NCBI GenBank assembly: GCA_002269645.1
Contig: NIVC01000835.1
Span: forward strand, 186,001 to 250,000
DNA: 64,000 nucleotides
Source: Macrostomum lignano
Lineage: Eukaryota
Direction: 5' to 3'
Shown: piece by piece, positions 51,001 through 63,200 of the stretch
Layout of the letters: each line of letters starts with the position of its first letter
Numbering within the stretch: the stretch's first letter is position 1
Translations under genes and position numbers: made by a program
Notes under the pieces: generated by a model
The model's database searches: none
What the model saw: only the letters and a program-made list of their open reading frames with translations
Told to the model about the DNA's origin: nothing

Positions 51001-54000
51001 GTGGAGGGTAGCGGCGCCCCACCGAAGGACACAGTGGAGGGTAGCGGCGCCCCACCGAAGGACACAGTGGAGGGTAGCGGCGCCCTACCGAAGTACACAA
51101 TGGAGGGTAGCGGCGCCCCGAAGGACACAGTGGAGGGTAGCGGCGCCCCACCGAAGGACACAGTGGAGGGTAGCGGCGCTCTACCGAAGTACACAGTGGA
51201 GGGTAGCGGCGCCCCACCGAAGGACACAGTGGAGGGTAGCGGCGCCCCACCGAAGGACACAGTGGAGGGTAGCGGCGCCCACCGAAGGACACAGTGGAGG
51301 GTAGCGGCGCCCTACCGAAGTACACAATGGAGGGTAGCGGCGCCCCGAAGGACACAGTGGAGGGTAGCGGCGCCCCGAAGTCAAAGTGGAGGGTAGCGGC
51401 GCCCCGAAGGACACAGTGGAGGGTAGCGGCGCCCCACCGAAGGACACAGTGGAGGGTAGCGGCGCCACACCGAAGGACACAGTGGAGGGTAGCGGCGCCC
51501 CACCGAAGTACACAGTGGAGGGTAGCGCCGCCCCGAAGGACACAGTGGAGAGTAGCGGCGCCCCACCGAAGGACACAGTGGAGGGTAGTGGCGCCCCACC
51601 GAAGGACACAGTGGGGTTAGCAAAGCTACATTAAGAACCGCTTACTTCCACAGCAATAAGAAACCAATGGCTTACATTTTCGCAGTTAAGACAGCGCGTC
51701 TCATTAGTCAGAGTGCCCTGAAATATTTCGTGGACAAAGGTTGACGGCTGCTCAGTTGAGTCTCCTGTCAAACCTTCGCCCGAGCCAGCATTAGCCGCTG
51801 CTGCTGCTGCGGCGGCGGCTGCTGCAGCTGCTGCCGCTTTTGAATGCGAGCCGCGCAATCCGCCGGAGCCTTGGCCAGCCTGGCTTTGTTGAGCTTTACG
51901 CTCTTCGACAAGTATATCGGCAATATGATTTATTAAATAATTGAAAAACTCGTGCGCGTCCTGCTGTTGAAAGTTGTCGAACGCTTCGTTTTCGCGTTTC
52001 AATTTTTGAATAAATTTCTTAGGCGCCAACGTGCCAACTTTGCGCTTCTGCGAGGCGATGCTGTGAAATAAATCGGCTAATGCGGTTAATAGAGAGTCCT
52101 TCTTGCCGCCTTTGGTCTGCTGCTTGTACACCAAGACCCGCTCGCGAAACATTGTGTAGTATAGCGCCTGTAGCACCGAGTTGCAGTAGCAGGTGTTGCC
52201 GAACTGGGTCAGGGAAAGGGGTGTAAGTACAGACATTTGTGAAACAGCTTGTTCTTTACTAAAGACACTCCCTGCTCTGCCTTTTACATTGGTGAGCCAC
52301 TGCCAGCCACTGACTCTATCTGCTCACTGTTGGTGAGCCACTGCCAGCCACTGACTCTATCTGCTCACTGTTGGTGAGCCACTGCCAGCCACTGACTCTA
52401 TCTGCTCACTGTTGGTGAGCCACTGCTAGCCATTGACTCTATCTGCTCACTGTTGGTGAGCCACTGCCAGCCACTGACTCTATCTGCTCACTGTTGGTGA
52501 GCCACTGCCAGCCACTGACTCTATCTGCTCACTGTTGGTGAGTCACTGCCAGCCACTGACTCCACCTGCTCACTGTTGGTGAGCCACTGCCAGCCACTGA
52601 CTCTATCTGCTCACTGTTGGTGAGTCACTGCCAGCCACTGACTCTACCTGCTCTGTTGGTGAGTCTAGAGACAGCCCCCAACCTGCCCTGTTGGTGAGTC
52701 TAGAGACAGCCCCTCTACCTGTCTTTTTACACTTAAAAATAATATTCCAATAAACTATCTAGAGCCAATTAAAATGCACAGAAATGCAACTTTCCAATTA
52801 AGGTGGCTGTTACTGGCAACACACACACACAAGTCATAAATCGCTTCTGTCTGTCTGTCTCAAATGCCCATAGCCAATAGTGACATACATTTAGCAGTGT
52901 GAGATACAAAAGATAAAGTACAGTTAGGAAAATAGCACTTACATTTACTAGTCCAAAATAATGTTCATTGAGTGATGATGCCAGCTCCTTTTCTAATTGT
53001 GAACCACTTTGACCCTGAAGGAAAAAATATGCAAAGCACTACTATTTCTAAGCACTTTTGAAGAAGAATTTAATTATATATATTAAAGGGTATAGATAAA
53101 TGAAAAGGATACTTTAATTCTAATCTATTCCTCTTCATGACTTAGAAGCAAATCACTAATAAAAAAGAGCATTAGAAAAAATACTAGGCATCATTTTGAT
53201 AATTTCACTAAACTATGATCACTTAACATCTTTGAGAGTAATGGCCTGCTAACCAGTTGGTTTCTAAGAAGCCTCTTTTACAATCTGGCCTTCTTTGATA
53301 ATAGCAAATGCTAGGTGGCTTTTCTATTGGCTTCATTTATCCACCCAACCATAACATACATATGGCATTAAAACTCTATTGCTTAAGTTTTTAAATGCAT
53401 GCATGGACCTTAGAGCTCCCTCTTGAAAGTGAAAAATAATATCTTATCATTAGCTCTTACCACCCAACCACTGCATGGACATTGCATTAAAAATCTCACA
53501 TTGCTTGGATGCTAAATTTTAGGGACTTAAGAGCTCCTTACACTTTGAAACTAGCAATATTCATTTATACCTACCTATATCAAATAGTTTTAATTTAGTT
53601 GAACTTAGTTTTGGCAAATTTATTTTGACAATTTTTAAGGTAAGCTAAAAAACAGAGTTTTAAACATATATGTACAACCTTCATGATTTACATTAGCCAT
53701 GCAACTTACTTTTTGAAAAAATGCCACTTACTTAAAAAAACCTTAAAGCAAAAATTATTGCAATTTTGGATAAATGGCAAAAGTAACTGTCTATGACTAT
53801 CTTATTATTTCTAAATGCCCCATAATCTAATTAGTACTATGTCTATATTTTTAGGGGGAATTTTTGAGACTTAGCTCTAATTCACCACAATTGATAGTGG
53901 CCAGATTGGCCAAGTCAGCTAGCAATTGCGCATGTATGATTTTAAATTAAAAAGCATATACAAAAGCTACAAAAAGGATCTATTATTTTAACTATTGATA

Positions 54001-55367
54001 ATTCCATATTTGACTAGATTTTTAGCAATGTTATACACTAGGGCTTTCTAGCTATACATTTATAAATAATAAATGTTAAGGCTTAGTATACTAATTTGTA
54101 TTTTAGCTTTATATCCTATTTTAGCCATCTAAACTGCGCTAGACATCCCTTTTTTATACACTAAACTATACAGCATATAAGACTACATCTATACTATCAA
54201 GGGCCAATTGGCACTAGCCACTGTCCATGATAATGGTTATTGGCTTCCCAGGATGGAATCTTTGTACAAAATCCTAGACATGTTCTGTGCGCGCTAACAA
54301 AAACTTGCGTAGTTGCGCACATATTTCTAGCAAACTTGTGCAACTTTAAAAAGCTTATGTGCGCGCAGCTTAATATTCTAAGAAATCTTGCATAATGTCA
54401 TTTAAATTTTGAATATTGCAGTTGTTACAGTAAAACAAAGTTATTGCAAATTGAAAAACAAAGCTACTGGGAACTATATTAAACTAAAAAAGAATAATAT
54501 TATTTATTTTTTAAGATTTATTTAAACTTTAATAAAACATTGTTAAATAGTTGCTAAGAAATTCAAGTGGCAAAAAATTGCGCATTCATGGGTAAAAAAC
54601 TTGTGCGAAAAAATTGCGCCCAACTTTTTGTTCCAAACTTTTCATGCAAAGATTGCCATCCTGGTTGGCTTCTATATAATAGGAACATAGCATATAAGAT
54701 ATAATCAAAAATTTATTGAAATATCTTTGTATATATATAGCTTATAAGTACTGACTGACTAATCTGATAACAAACAAATTTAGTAACAAAGATTGACAAT
54801 TGTCAATGGACCAATTTGGCAAAAGCAAATTTGGCAACAATCTAGGCAAATATGGCAATGATTAATGAAGGAAAAACAATTATATATAATTTGGATAATT
54901 CATTTAGTATAATGGTATTCTTCAATGCATATTAGCTTTCTTTTTTAATTGAGCTTGTTTTATTTATCATTTATCCTTATGAGTTTTAAAAGTTTTTTCT
55001 AAGAAATGTTTATTAATTTAAGATTGGGCAGCTTTGTACAATCTTTGGGACTCTTTAGCTATAAAAGGATGTGTTGGCATGTTCTCAAATTTTCCTAGAT
55101 TGTGGCTGAATTTGCTTTCCCCAAATTTGTCCATATAAAATTTCTGTCACCATATTTGTTTGTTGCCAAATTTAAGTGCATCTCATACATGTGACACCTT
55201 CCTAAATGTGGCATAGAATCAATCAATTTCAAGTCTAATTTATTAAGAGATCCTTGATTTTTTAATTTAAGGATTCCAATCCAAAATGATACTATGATAA
55301 TCATCAAAGGCTAAAAAATAAAACAGTTATATAAGAAACTTACCATTCTCAAGCAGAAGAATTGCAT
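47774..55367 (-). CDS. usp46: USP12/USP46-family ubiquitin carboxyl-terminal hydrolase, about 442 aa; join(55367-55344, 53014-52943, 52203-51676, 49670-49236, 48043-47774)
   Basis: LEKE...NEHYFGLVN|[14 protein letters not shown] (Cys box), [36 protein letters not shown] (His box), GYLLFYQ. All introns are GT-AG and phase 0. USP12 and USP46 cannot be distinguished. Confidence 0.95.
48168..49211. repeat. 27/28-bp minisatellite in USP intron 4 (GGGGTATGCTACTCCCTGCTCATCCA)
   Basis: Read directly. Confidence 0.97.
49236..49670 (-). CDS. usp46: USP12/46 exon 4 (VRQKD...DDDIVE)
   Basis: Acceptor TTTCCAG|GTC; donor GAG|GTAAGC. Confidence 0.95.
49771..51613. repeat. 30/33-bp minisatellite in USP intron 3 (GGACACAGTGGAGGGTAGCGGCGCCCCGAA)
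   Basis: Read directly; unit type changes along the array. Confidence 0.97.
51676..52203 (-). CDS. usp46: USP12/46 exon 3 (FGNTC...CLNCEN)
   Basis: Acceptor CCCAG|TTC; donor AAT|GTAAGC. Confidence 0.95.
52289..52720. repeat. 41-bp minisatellite in USP intron 2
   Basis: GGTGAG at 52291, 52332, 52373 gives period 41. Confidence 0.95.
52943..53014 (-). CDS. usp46: USP12/46 exon 2 ([24 protein letters not shown]), missed by ORF track
   Basis: Acceptor TTCCTTCAG|GGT; donor AAT|GTAAGT. Confidence 0.92.
54248..54664. mobile_element. Non-autonomous hAT-type MITE, 417 bp, with 8-bp TSD
   Basis: TIRs CCAGGATGG-AATCTTTG / CAAAGATTGCCATCCTGG; TTGGCTTC duplicated at 54240-54247 and 54665-54672. Confidence 0.88.
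55344..55367 (-). CDS. usp46: USP12/46 putative exon 1 (MQFFCLRM)
   Basis: ATG|GTAAGT perfect donor; in-frame ATG 8 codons upstream preceded by TAA; parallels vertebrate ...M|G-x-x-x-S-x-LEK junction from memory. Confidence 0.6.
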
Positions 55368-55699
55368 GTGTGGTTATTAATAATGGAGAAAATACCAACT
55401 AAAATGAAATAATTGTTCCAAAACAACTTGAATTGGAACTTTCACTTCAGTAGAACTATATGATTAGTAAATTGTTGCTTTTTGCCAATAGCAATAGCAA
55501 CAAAGTCAAGAATAAGTTTAGCAAACATGAACAGGAAGCGCAATTGATTACAGTCAGTTAAAGATAATTAGGCTTTGCCTTACTACAATAAAAGAAAATA
55601 CACTAAAATAAGTTGGCAAAGCTTAGATAAATTGTATTTGTTGAAGATGCTATGGTTATTCAATTGGTAGTTTATCAATTACATTAACAGTCTAAGAAA

Positions 55700-56900
55700 T
55701 GCAAAACGGTGCATTGCATCTAGCAGAAAACGTTAAGTAGTACGCTAATGATTGTTATTCTCTGCAGTCAAGAATCAAAAGCATGTATATGTATAATAAA
55801 ATCTAATTTACTTCCTTATTTTACGGAACTCTTGAATAGTTTGTCACAACTTTCCAGGATTTATACTACAAAAAGATGAGTTTGAATTTGACGTTTCTTG
55901 AAAAAATTCCGGGTTTGTTTGATGTTCCAGCTAATTTTGTATAATGTATAAGATCTGGTTCCGTGTTAGAATGCGCCTAGTACAGCAAGTACCATCACCC
56001 TAAAAAATTAAATATTAGCATATTAACACACTTTTGCAAGTCCTTTATCGATAGCGCGCATGGGCTTTCACTGTGTTTGGTATTTACACACTTATATTAC
56101 CTAGGATTTTTACAGCAGCCAGGTCAGAAGCAGCCAGCATTGATGGTAACTTGATTGCGTCTGCGTCGGAAGTTTCGATAATTTCACGGCTCAAGGCTTA
56201 AATGAAAAGCTTTAGATCCATGTAAAAGATGAATCGAATGGACTGCTAATAAGGAATGGCAATTCCCCTATTGAGTTAGGATCCGATTAGCCTGTACTTT
56301 CCTCCTCGATCAGCCCGTGCCCAAAAAATTGTCATATCTTATGGCCTGTAACTATGCAAGGTATATTTTCTGATATTGTGTTGTAATTGCATGGTATTAG
56401 CTTGCCCCCCACCCCTCAACAATTTTTCTGTGTCCGCTACTGAACACTTTTAAAAGTACTTTTCAGAACTTTCTTCAACAATATCTAAAGTCACTCTTTC
56501 AACCAAACTTACAGCTTGTCGGACAATTTTTTTGACCACATTTATTACTACTCCTGTTGCCACTTTGATAATTAAAATTACAGCTTTGTTAAGAATAGCA
56601 ACGAGTTTTTATATTTTATTTAAATAAAATTAATTAGCAGACGAAAACATAATTCGAAAAAAGTGGACCAGCATTAATTTTTCTAATACGTGATGCTGTG
56701 TACAATAATGAATATCAATAAAATTGAAGTAGATAGCGACTAGGACGCCTAAGACTAAGAGGGTATATATTGTGTATAAAGGACTTTGTGTCTAGTTTTT
56801 CATTTTTCTTTAATTGTCAGAAAGTATTATAATACAATACACCTAACACATATAACATCATTTCTATGTATAATTTGTAAAATATTTGAAGTTCGCTTGA
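55700..56900. promoter_or_regulatory. Putative bidirectional promoter between usp46 and ptdss1
   Basis: Divergent ATGs 1.6 kb apart; local CpG retention; TATCGATA at 56046-56053; CGGAAGT near 56167. Confidence 0.55.
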
Positions 56901-56978
56901 CTAAACCTATATTTACAGAGTTTTTGTTGTTCTGGATTCCATTTTCAAGGTTTAAGTTGTAGTTTTTTGCCAAATATA

Positions 56979-57244
56979 ATGGAAGCTACCAATGAACTTA
57001 ATGAAAGTACTAATGAGGTTTATGAAACAGGCTTAAGTAGGTCTAGGCAGAAGCTAGAAAAATCAAAATTAAATGTAGGTGACACTGACAGTGTTAGCAA
57101 AAGTGAAGAAGAAAGGTGTCACTTTGCAAAGCTTATTGAAAACCATAAAGTTGACAATATTACAATTGAATTCTTTTATAAGCCCCATACATTGAGTCTA
57201 CTTTTTTGTATAATTTGTGGATTAATATATTTGGCACTTGGCAG
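56979..57244 (+). CDS. ptdss1: PTDSS1 exon 1
   Basis: ATG at 56979; donor AG|GTATGT, phase 2. Confidence 0.88.
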
Positions 57245-60200
57245 GTATGTGTGTTTTTTATGGTTTATAGCAATATAAAAAAGTTATATAATACTTAGGT
57301 ATTACTATTATAATATTAGTATTAGTATAAGGTATCCTAATTTAAAAATAATTTATCTATCTAATATTTTTTATTATTGGTTTGTTCTCTAATAATATCA
57401 AATGGTTGGACATATACTAGACCTACTTCTTAAGGAATTATTACTTCAATTTATTCTCTTCTAAGTGTTTTCTAAAATAATAAGTAATAAATATATAATA
57501 CTATCATTATAGCAAGGGGGTCCAGTGATATACATGCACAACCTTGGGAATCACTAAGCCATTTCTACTGGCAAGACACACATGTAAGTTGCTATTGGCT
57601 GAGAGCAGTCACGTGACTAATATTCCATCCAATAGCGACTTATGTGTATATTGCCAATAGAAATGGCCAGGTGAATCTTTAGGTTGCGCCCAAGCATGTC
57701 TAGTGAGATTTTTTAATTTGAAATATATAAAAATGTTTTATAACAAAGTCGTGTGTCTGATAAAAAGCAAAATTAAAAACCTAAGCACCATCATTTTTTG
57801 TTATATGAAATATTTTATCTTGCATTAAGCATTGTTAGACTACAAAAAATTAGTAACAATTTATTTGTTTATTTATTTTTATTTAAAAATTAAAATGAAA
57901 GTGTGTTGATAAAATTGAAAAATATATAGATAGAGAGAAAAAAGATTAAGATGAGCACAAGTGGCCTTCTTGAACTTTAGGTAGATAAAATAATTGTAGC
58001 TTCAATAGGATCATAATTTTGTCTTTATAAAGGTTTTTGATAGTGCTTATTTCAAATTTAAGCTTCATTTTTTTGTAGCTTAAAGCCAACTACCAGGGTA
58101 TAGGGAATGAGGGTTTTAGGGTGGGGAGATTCTTCATGGAATCTTCTTCATCTTTAATGGAGGCATGGAGGTCTATTAAAGATTATGTAGATTTTATGTT
58201 GATTTTATGTACCTAAACTTCAATAGAGGTATAGGGGTCTATTGAAGATTAGGTAGATAAATTCAAAGACTGACGGGGTTAGGAGGCAAGTCTCAGGGGG
58301 GGGGGGCTGACAACTACCATCATAGGGAATGGAAAGTGTTAGGGTAGGGAGAATCTTCATGGGGATTTATTTTATATACCTAAACTTCAATAGAGGCATG
58401 GAAGTCTATTGAAGATCAGGTAGATAAATTAGGAGACTGGGAGGTCTTGGGGGGGTGGGGCTGACAACTGTCAACAACTGGGGCATGGGGAATGTGGGAT
58501 TTTAGGGTAGGGAGAATCTTCATGGGGATAGATTTTATATAGCTAAACTTTAATAGAGGCATAGAGGTCTATTAAAGATTATGTAGATAAATTCAAAGAC
58601 TAAAAGGGGTCCTAGAAATGAAGTTCAAATAAAAAATTCAATAATTTATCAAAAATACAACCATGGAGAAAAAATTATAATCTTATCAAAACTAATTGAT
58701 ATTAGCAGCTATAGTTACCTTCAAAATAGAGACAATGCAGATTAGTAGAAATTAGTATAAATAAACAAGTAAAGAATGTTCAGCTAATAGTCATCAACAA
58801 TGAAAGAACAACAGCGAATCAAAAAGCAGGTGGTGAGGGGTGGGTGGCAAACCATTAGTTAGCATTTATTTTAAAAAGTAAACTGATATGGCACTCTTGT
58901 TGCATTATAACAAATTGAGTGGAAAAAAGTAGAATAGACATTATTTTTTCAGAGATAAAATTTGAACCCTCTAAATGTTTTTTTAGAATGAATTCATCAA
59001 ATTTTGTAAAATATTTACATTAGAAAGTTATGATTCTAAAAAAGTTCAACTTTCAAATACACAATTCTCCGAAACTGCTTGGATCAAATTACTAACTAGT
59101 TATATAAGAGATTAACAAATCGAGCTCCTGTTACCTCTGAGGGTAATTTTTTGTAGTTTTTTGCTTTATTATCATTTTGGACAGCCTCTAAGACTCTGGC
59201 AAAAGGTTCAGAAAAATTGGAAAATTGGAAATATTTTATGTACCTAAAGTTCAAGAAGGCTGCACAAGTATATACCTAGAATATTCTAAGGAAGGCACTG
59301 GCATCATGATTTGCAAGTTGCTTATTTAAGATTGGTTTAAGCCTATGCAATTTTATATACAAGGCCTCAAGTACTCTTATTTTATACTTATTTGAGCATA
59401 TAGATAGTGGAAAAAATTTCATTTTGGCTATCATAACATTCTTTGTGTAATACCATGGGTTGAGTTGCAGTGAATAACAAGTTGTAAGGAGATCTCACAG
59501 GCTTATATCAATATTTTTATTGCCAAAGTTGGGGTAAGTATAACCAACTTAAGCACACACATGTTGCAGCACTAAACCCCAATCCCCAAATAAGCCAGAT
59601 ATGCACATCTAAGTACATGTGCACTAACAAGCCAGACTATGTTTGTATATCATTAGGTGGTTGTACATACCCAATATCTTTTGCCTTTATTCTTTATTTC
59701 TCACATATAGGTGTAAGGTAATTTTACCTAGGGATATTTGGGGTTCTTGGTCAGGTTGGGTTTAGGGTCAAGTTTTGGAACTAGGTTTAGGATAAGACAA
59801 ATAATTAAACTTCAAAAAATAATGCTTGAACTGAAGTTTTCAATTAGGGTTCTATAGATGAAATCTCTGAATCTATGGATTCTAGCTAGCTGCTGGACTA
59901 TGTTTATAGATTTAAAAGTCCCTTTATTTATAATTGCATATATTTTTATTAAACACATAAATTTCTAATGCCAATGGCTGATAGATGACAAATGATAGAT
60001 GCAAAAGTTTTTAATTAAAAAAATTTAAAGGTGTTTTAATTTTATTATCTAATTTTTCATTAAGCTATGCTCAAATGTTGCACTAACAATGACAACTTGA
60101 ACCTAAGTTGGCAAACATTTGGATAAGTGGATGTTAATGTCAATGATAAGATCTTAAGAATTTTTTTTCCAAAATATAAATTCCAACTTTATAAAGTATG

Positions 60201-63200
60201 TTCCATTTTTGAACTGATTACAAACTAGTTAGAACCAGTTCAGACTTTATAAAGAAATGCAATTATGAATTTTGAATGTTTTTTTTCATAGGGCTTAGAT
60301 TGAAACATGTTTTAAATAGCCCAAATTCATTTTTAATTATAGAATTATATATGAAAATGCATTATATGCATTATATATACTAGAGGCTAGACAAGCAAAA
60401 AACTTTGGCTGGCATGAAATTTTGTGAAATTTTCAAAGTTAGGCATGATCTTGATTGTAAACATGAATTTATATTTATTTTTATGTTTATACAAAATCTG
60501 AATTATATTCCTGCCAAATTCATGCCAAATAGACACTGTTATAATTGCACTATATATAATTAAATTGTCAGCACTGTCTTCTTTCACCATTTATTATAAT
60601 ATAATATAATACATATAATACAATATATATATGTGTGTTACAAGCTCATAAGTTAAAAGTGTAGAAAATAACAAAACAATAAAGAAAACATTATATATTA
60701 GATAATAGATACTTGGTAATGCTGTCAAGTCAACAAATTTAAAATGCATTGCTGATTTATACATTCATTTTCTCATTTTTATTTTAGTAAATCAAATAGA
60801 AAAGTTATAATTTAAATAAAAAAGTAAGTAAAAATTCATGACCTCATGTCATGAATGGGTTTTAAGGAAATCATGATTTTGAAAAAAGGTTATAAATTTT
60901 AATTATGATTGTGATCACATTCATTCAACCCCTAATTTATACTAACTTGCTTATACCTTGATTGCATGGGCCTAGATTTTTCAATATAATAAGGTATAAA
61001 ATTGCACCTTATTAAGTTATTGGTCTTCTTACTATTGAATTTAGTAATTCAAAATTCAGTATTAAAATAAAGAAAGTGTGTTTCTTCTTTGAATTAAAAA
61101 AAGTTATACATTTTTATTACTTGATATAAAAAATTGTATCCATTTTTGCATCCAGTTGTATCCATGTTCAATGCTATACCATAAAGTCAAATTTATTTTC
61201 TTATAGAATAGGCTTTTGTAAAAATAAATTACACCACAATGCACGCTAATTTATAGTGGTGCTATTATATACTACATTTACAATATATATTTGTCTTTAT
61301 TGCTACCACAAGAAGACAAAATTTTAGTATAAAGTCTATTACATATTTTTGATAAGCTTCTGTGTATCATGGATCCTAATTGTTATTATAAGCTATCCAG
61401 GAAGGTTAGACTAAAATATAATGACTGAAATAATTGGACTAACTTATTATTCATCAATAAACTATGCATAGTGCTATGTTTATAATTAATGCAAACTAAT
61501 AATTTCCTTTGTTTAGAACTGATACCACACTAAAAGAAGATGTTTGGCATGGAAGCATTGCTGTATGCACCGTTTTTCTCATCATTTCTATACTTGTTAT
61601 GCCAAATGGTAAGTTTTATTTATAATTGTAGTACCTATTTATTGTTACTTCAGGAATATGAATAATATATTATTTTTCTTCATTTTAGGGCCATTTATTC
61701 GACCACATCCAGCCATTTGGCGCGTGGTTTTTGGTCAGTATTTAATTTGGCTATTCTAATTTCTTTAGTTTTTTAACTAAACAATAGAGCCATTATAAGC
61801 TATTACAAGAACATGAAATATTTGTACTTTTTATTTTAGGCATCAGCGTGCTGTACTTTCTTGTCATGGTCTTTGTGTGCTTCCTGAGCTATGAGGACGC
61901 CAGGCGGGCACTGGTTTGGATGTACCCTGACCTGGCCAATATGACATACGATGATATTCTGGATAAGGTATTTAGCTAGTTATTGATCAGCTGGCTTTGT
62001 CTGCAGAAAATGCAGAGGTGTCCGTTTAATACAGTGTATAGGGTGTCCACTGAAAATCAGAGACATACATCTATTATATGGAGTGTTCACTGATAATGGA
62101 TATGGTATGGGGTTGAAGCCTAGTGGTTAGACTAGAGCATTGGACTCAGCTTGAAGGTCGGGGGTTCGATTCCCAATCCCACTCTAACAATTTGTGTCCT
62201 TGTGAGCAGCTGTAAAATGGGTGCCAGCATTATCTGGGGTAATTGAGGGTGTGTTTGGTGACCCCCCCCCCCAGTCCTTGGACTGAACAGCCGTACACAG
62301 CCTTACGCAATAGCTGCGGCTGAGCTGTCGGGGTTGCACATTGGCCCAATCGGGGCAGGTGTGTGTAATTAGTATTATTGTTATTATTATTTACTGATAA
62401 TCTGAGATGTCCATCTATTATAAAGGATGGTGTTCGTTTATCATATAGGGTTAGAAATAGATGTTTTGTTTATTATTTTCTGAGTGATTTTTGAAAAACT
62501 TGGTACTGCAACGCTTTGTAAAAGCTTTTGTACTTTTAATTTCATCATATATGTATGTAAACTTCTTACGCAGGAATACGCGGCCAATTGCTCCGAAATC
62601 ACTCTGTCCAGACTCTATTCTCACCTGGACGTATTCGCCGTTGCTCACCTATTTGGCTGGGTAATGAAAGCCGTATTGCTTAGGCACTACGGTCTAACCT
62701 GGCTGCTATCAATCAATTGGGAAATTACCGAGATGGCATTCTCGCATATATTGCCCAACTTTCAAGAGTGCTGGTGGGACATTGTCATTCTAGACGTGTT
62801 CGTGTGCAACGGGGTGGGCATTTTTATTGGAATGCAACTGTGCCGCTGGTTGGAAATGCGCAGCTATCACTGGGAGAGCATTCGGTGAGCTTTGTTATCC
62901 GTCTTAATGACAGGTTCTGCTAATAATCTCTCTGAGGCTATGCTGATAATCTCTCTGATAGGTTCTGTTGATAATCCCTCTGATAGGTTCTGCTGATAAT
63001 CTCTCTGATAGGTTCTGGTGATAATCTCTCTGCTAGGTTCTGTGGATAAACTCTGAGATTATGTTGATAATCTCTTTTGAGGTTCTGTTGATAAACTCTG
63101 AGATTATGTTGATAATCTCTTTTGAGGTTCTGTTGATAAACTCTGAGATTATGTTGATAATCTCTCTGATAGGTTTTGTTGATGATCTCTCTGAGATGTT

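Noticed and set aside
47825-51634. Plus-strand ORFs (488 aa, 384 aa and others) antisense to the USP gene
   Set aside because: They are translations of intronic minisatellites and antisense frames of real exons.
58090-58102. ACCAGGGTATAG matching the 36-mer unit
   Set aside because: Isolated 12-bp match with no extension; compatible with chance.
62108-62185. tRNA gene
   Set aside because: A and B boxes are present but the anticodon and acceptor stems pair poorly, and it continues into a SINE-like body and tail.
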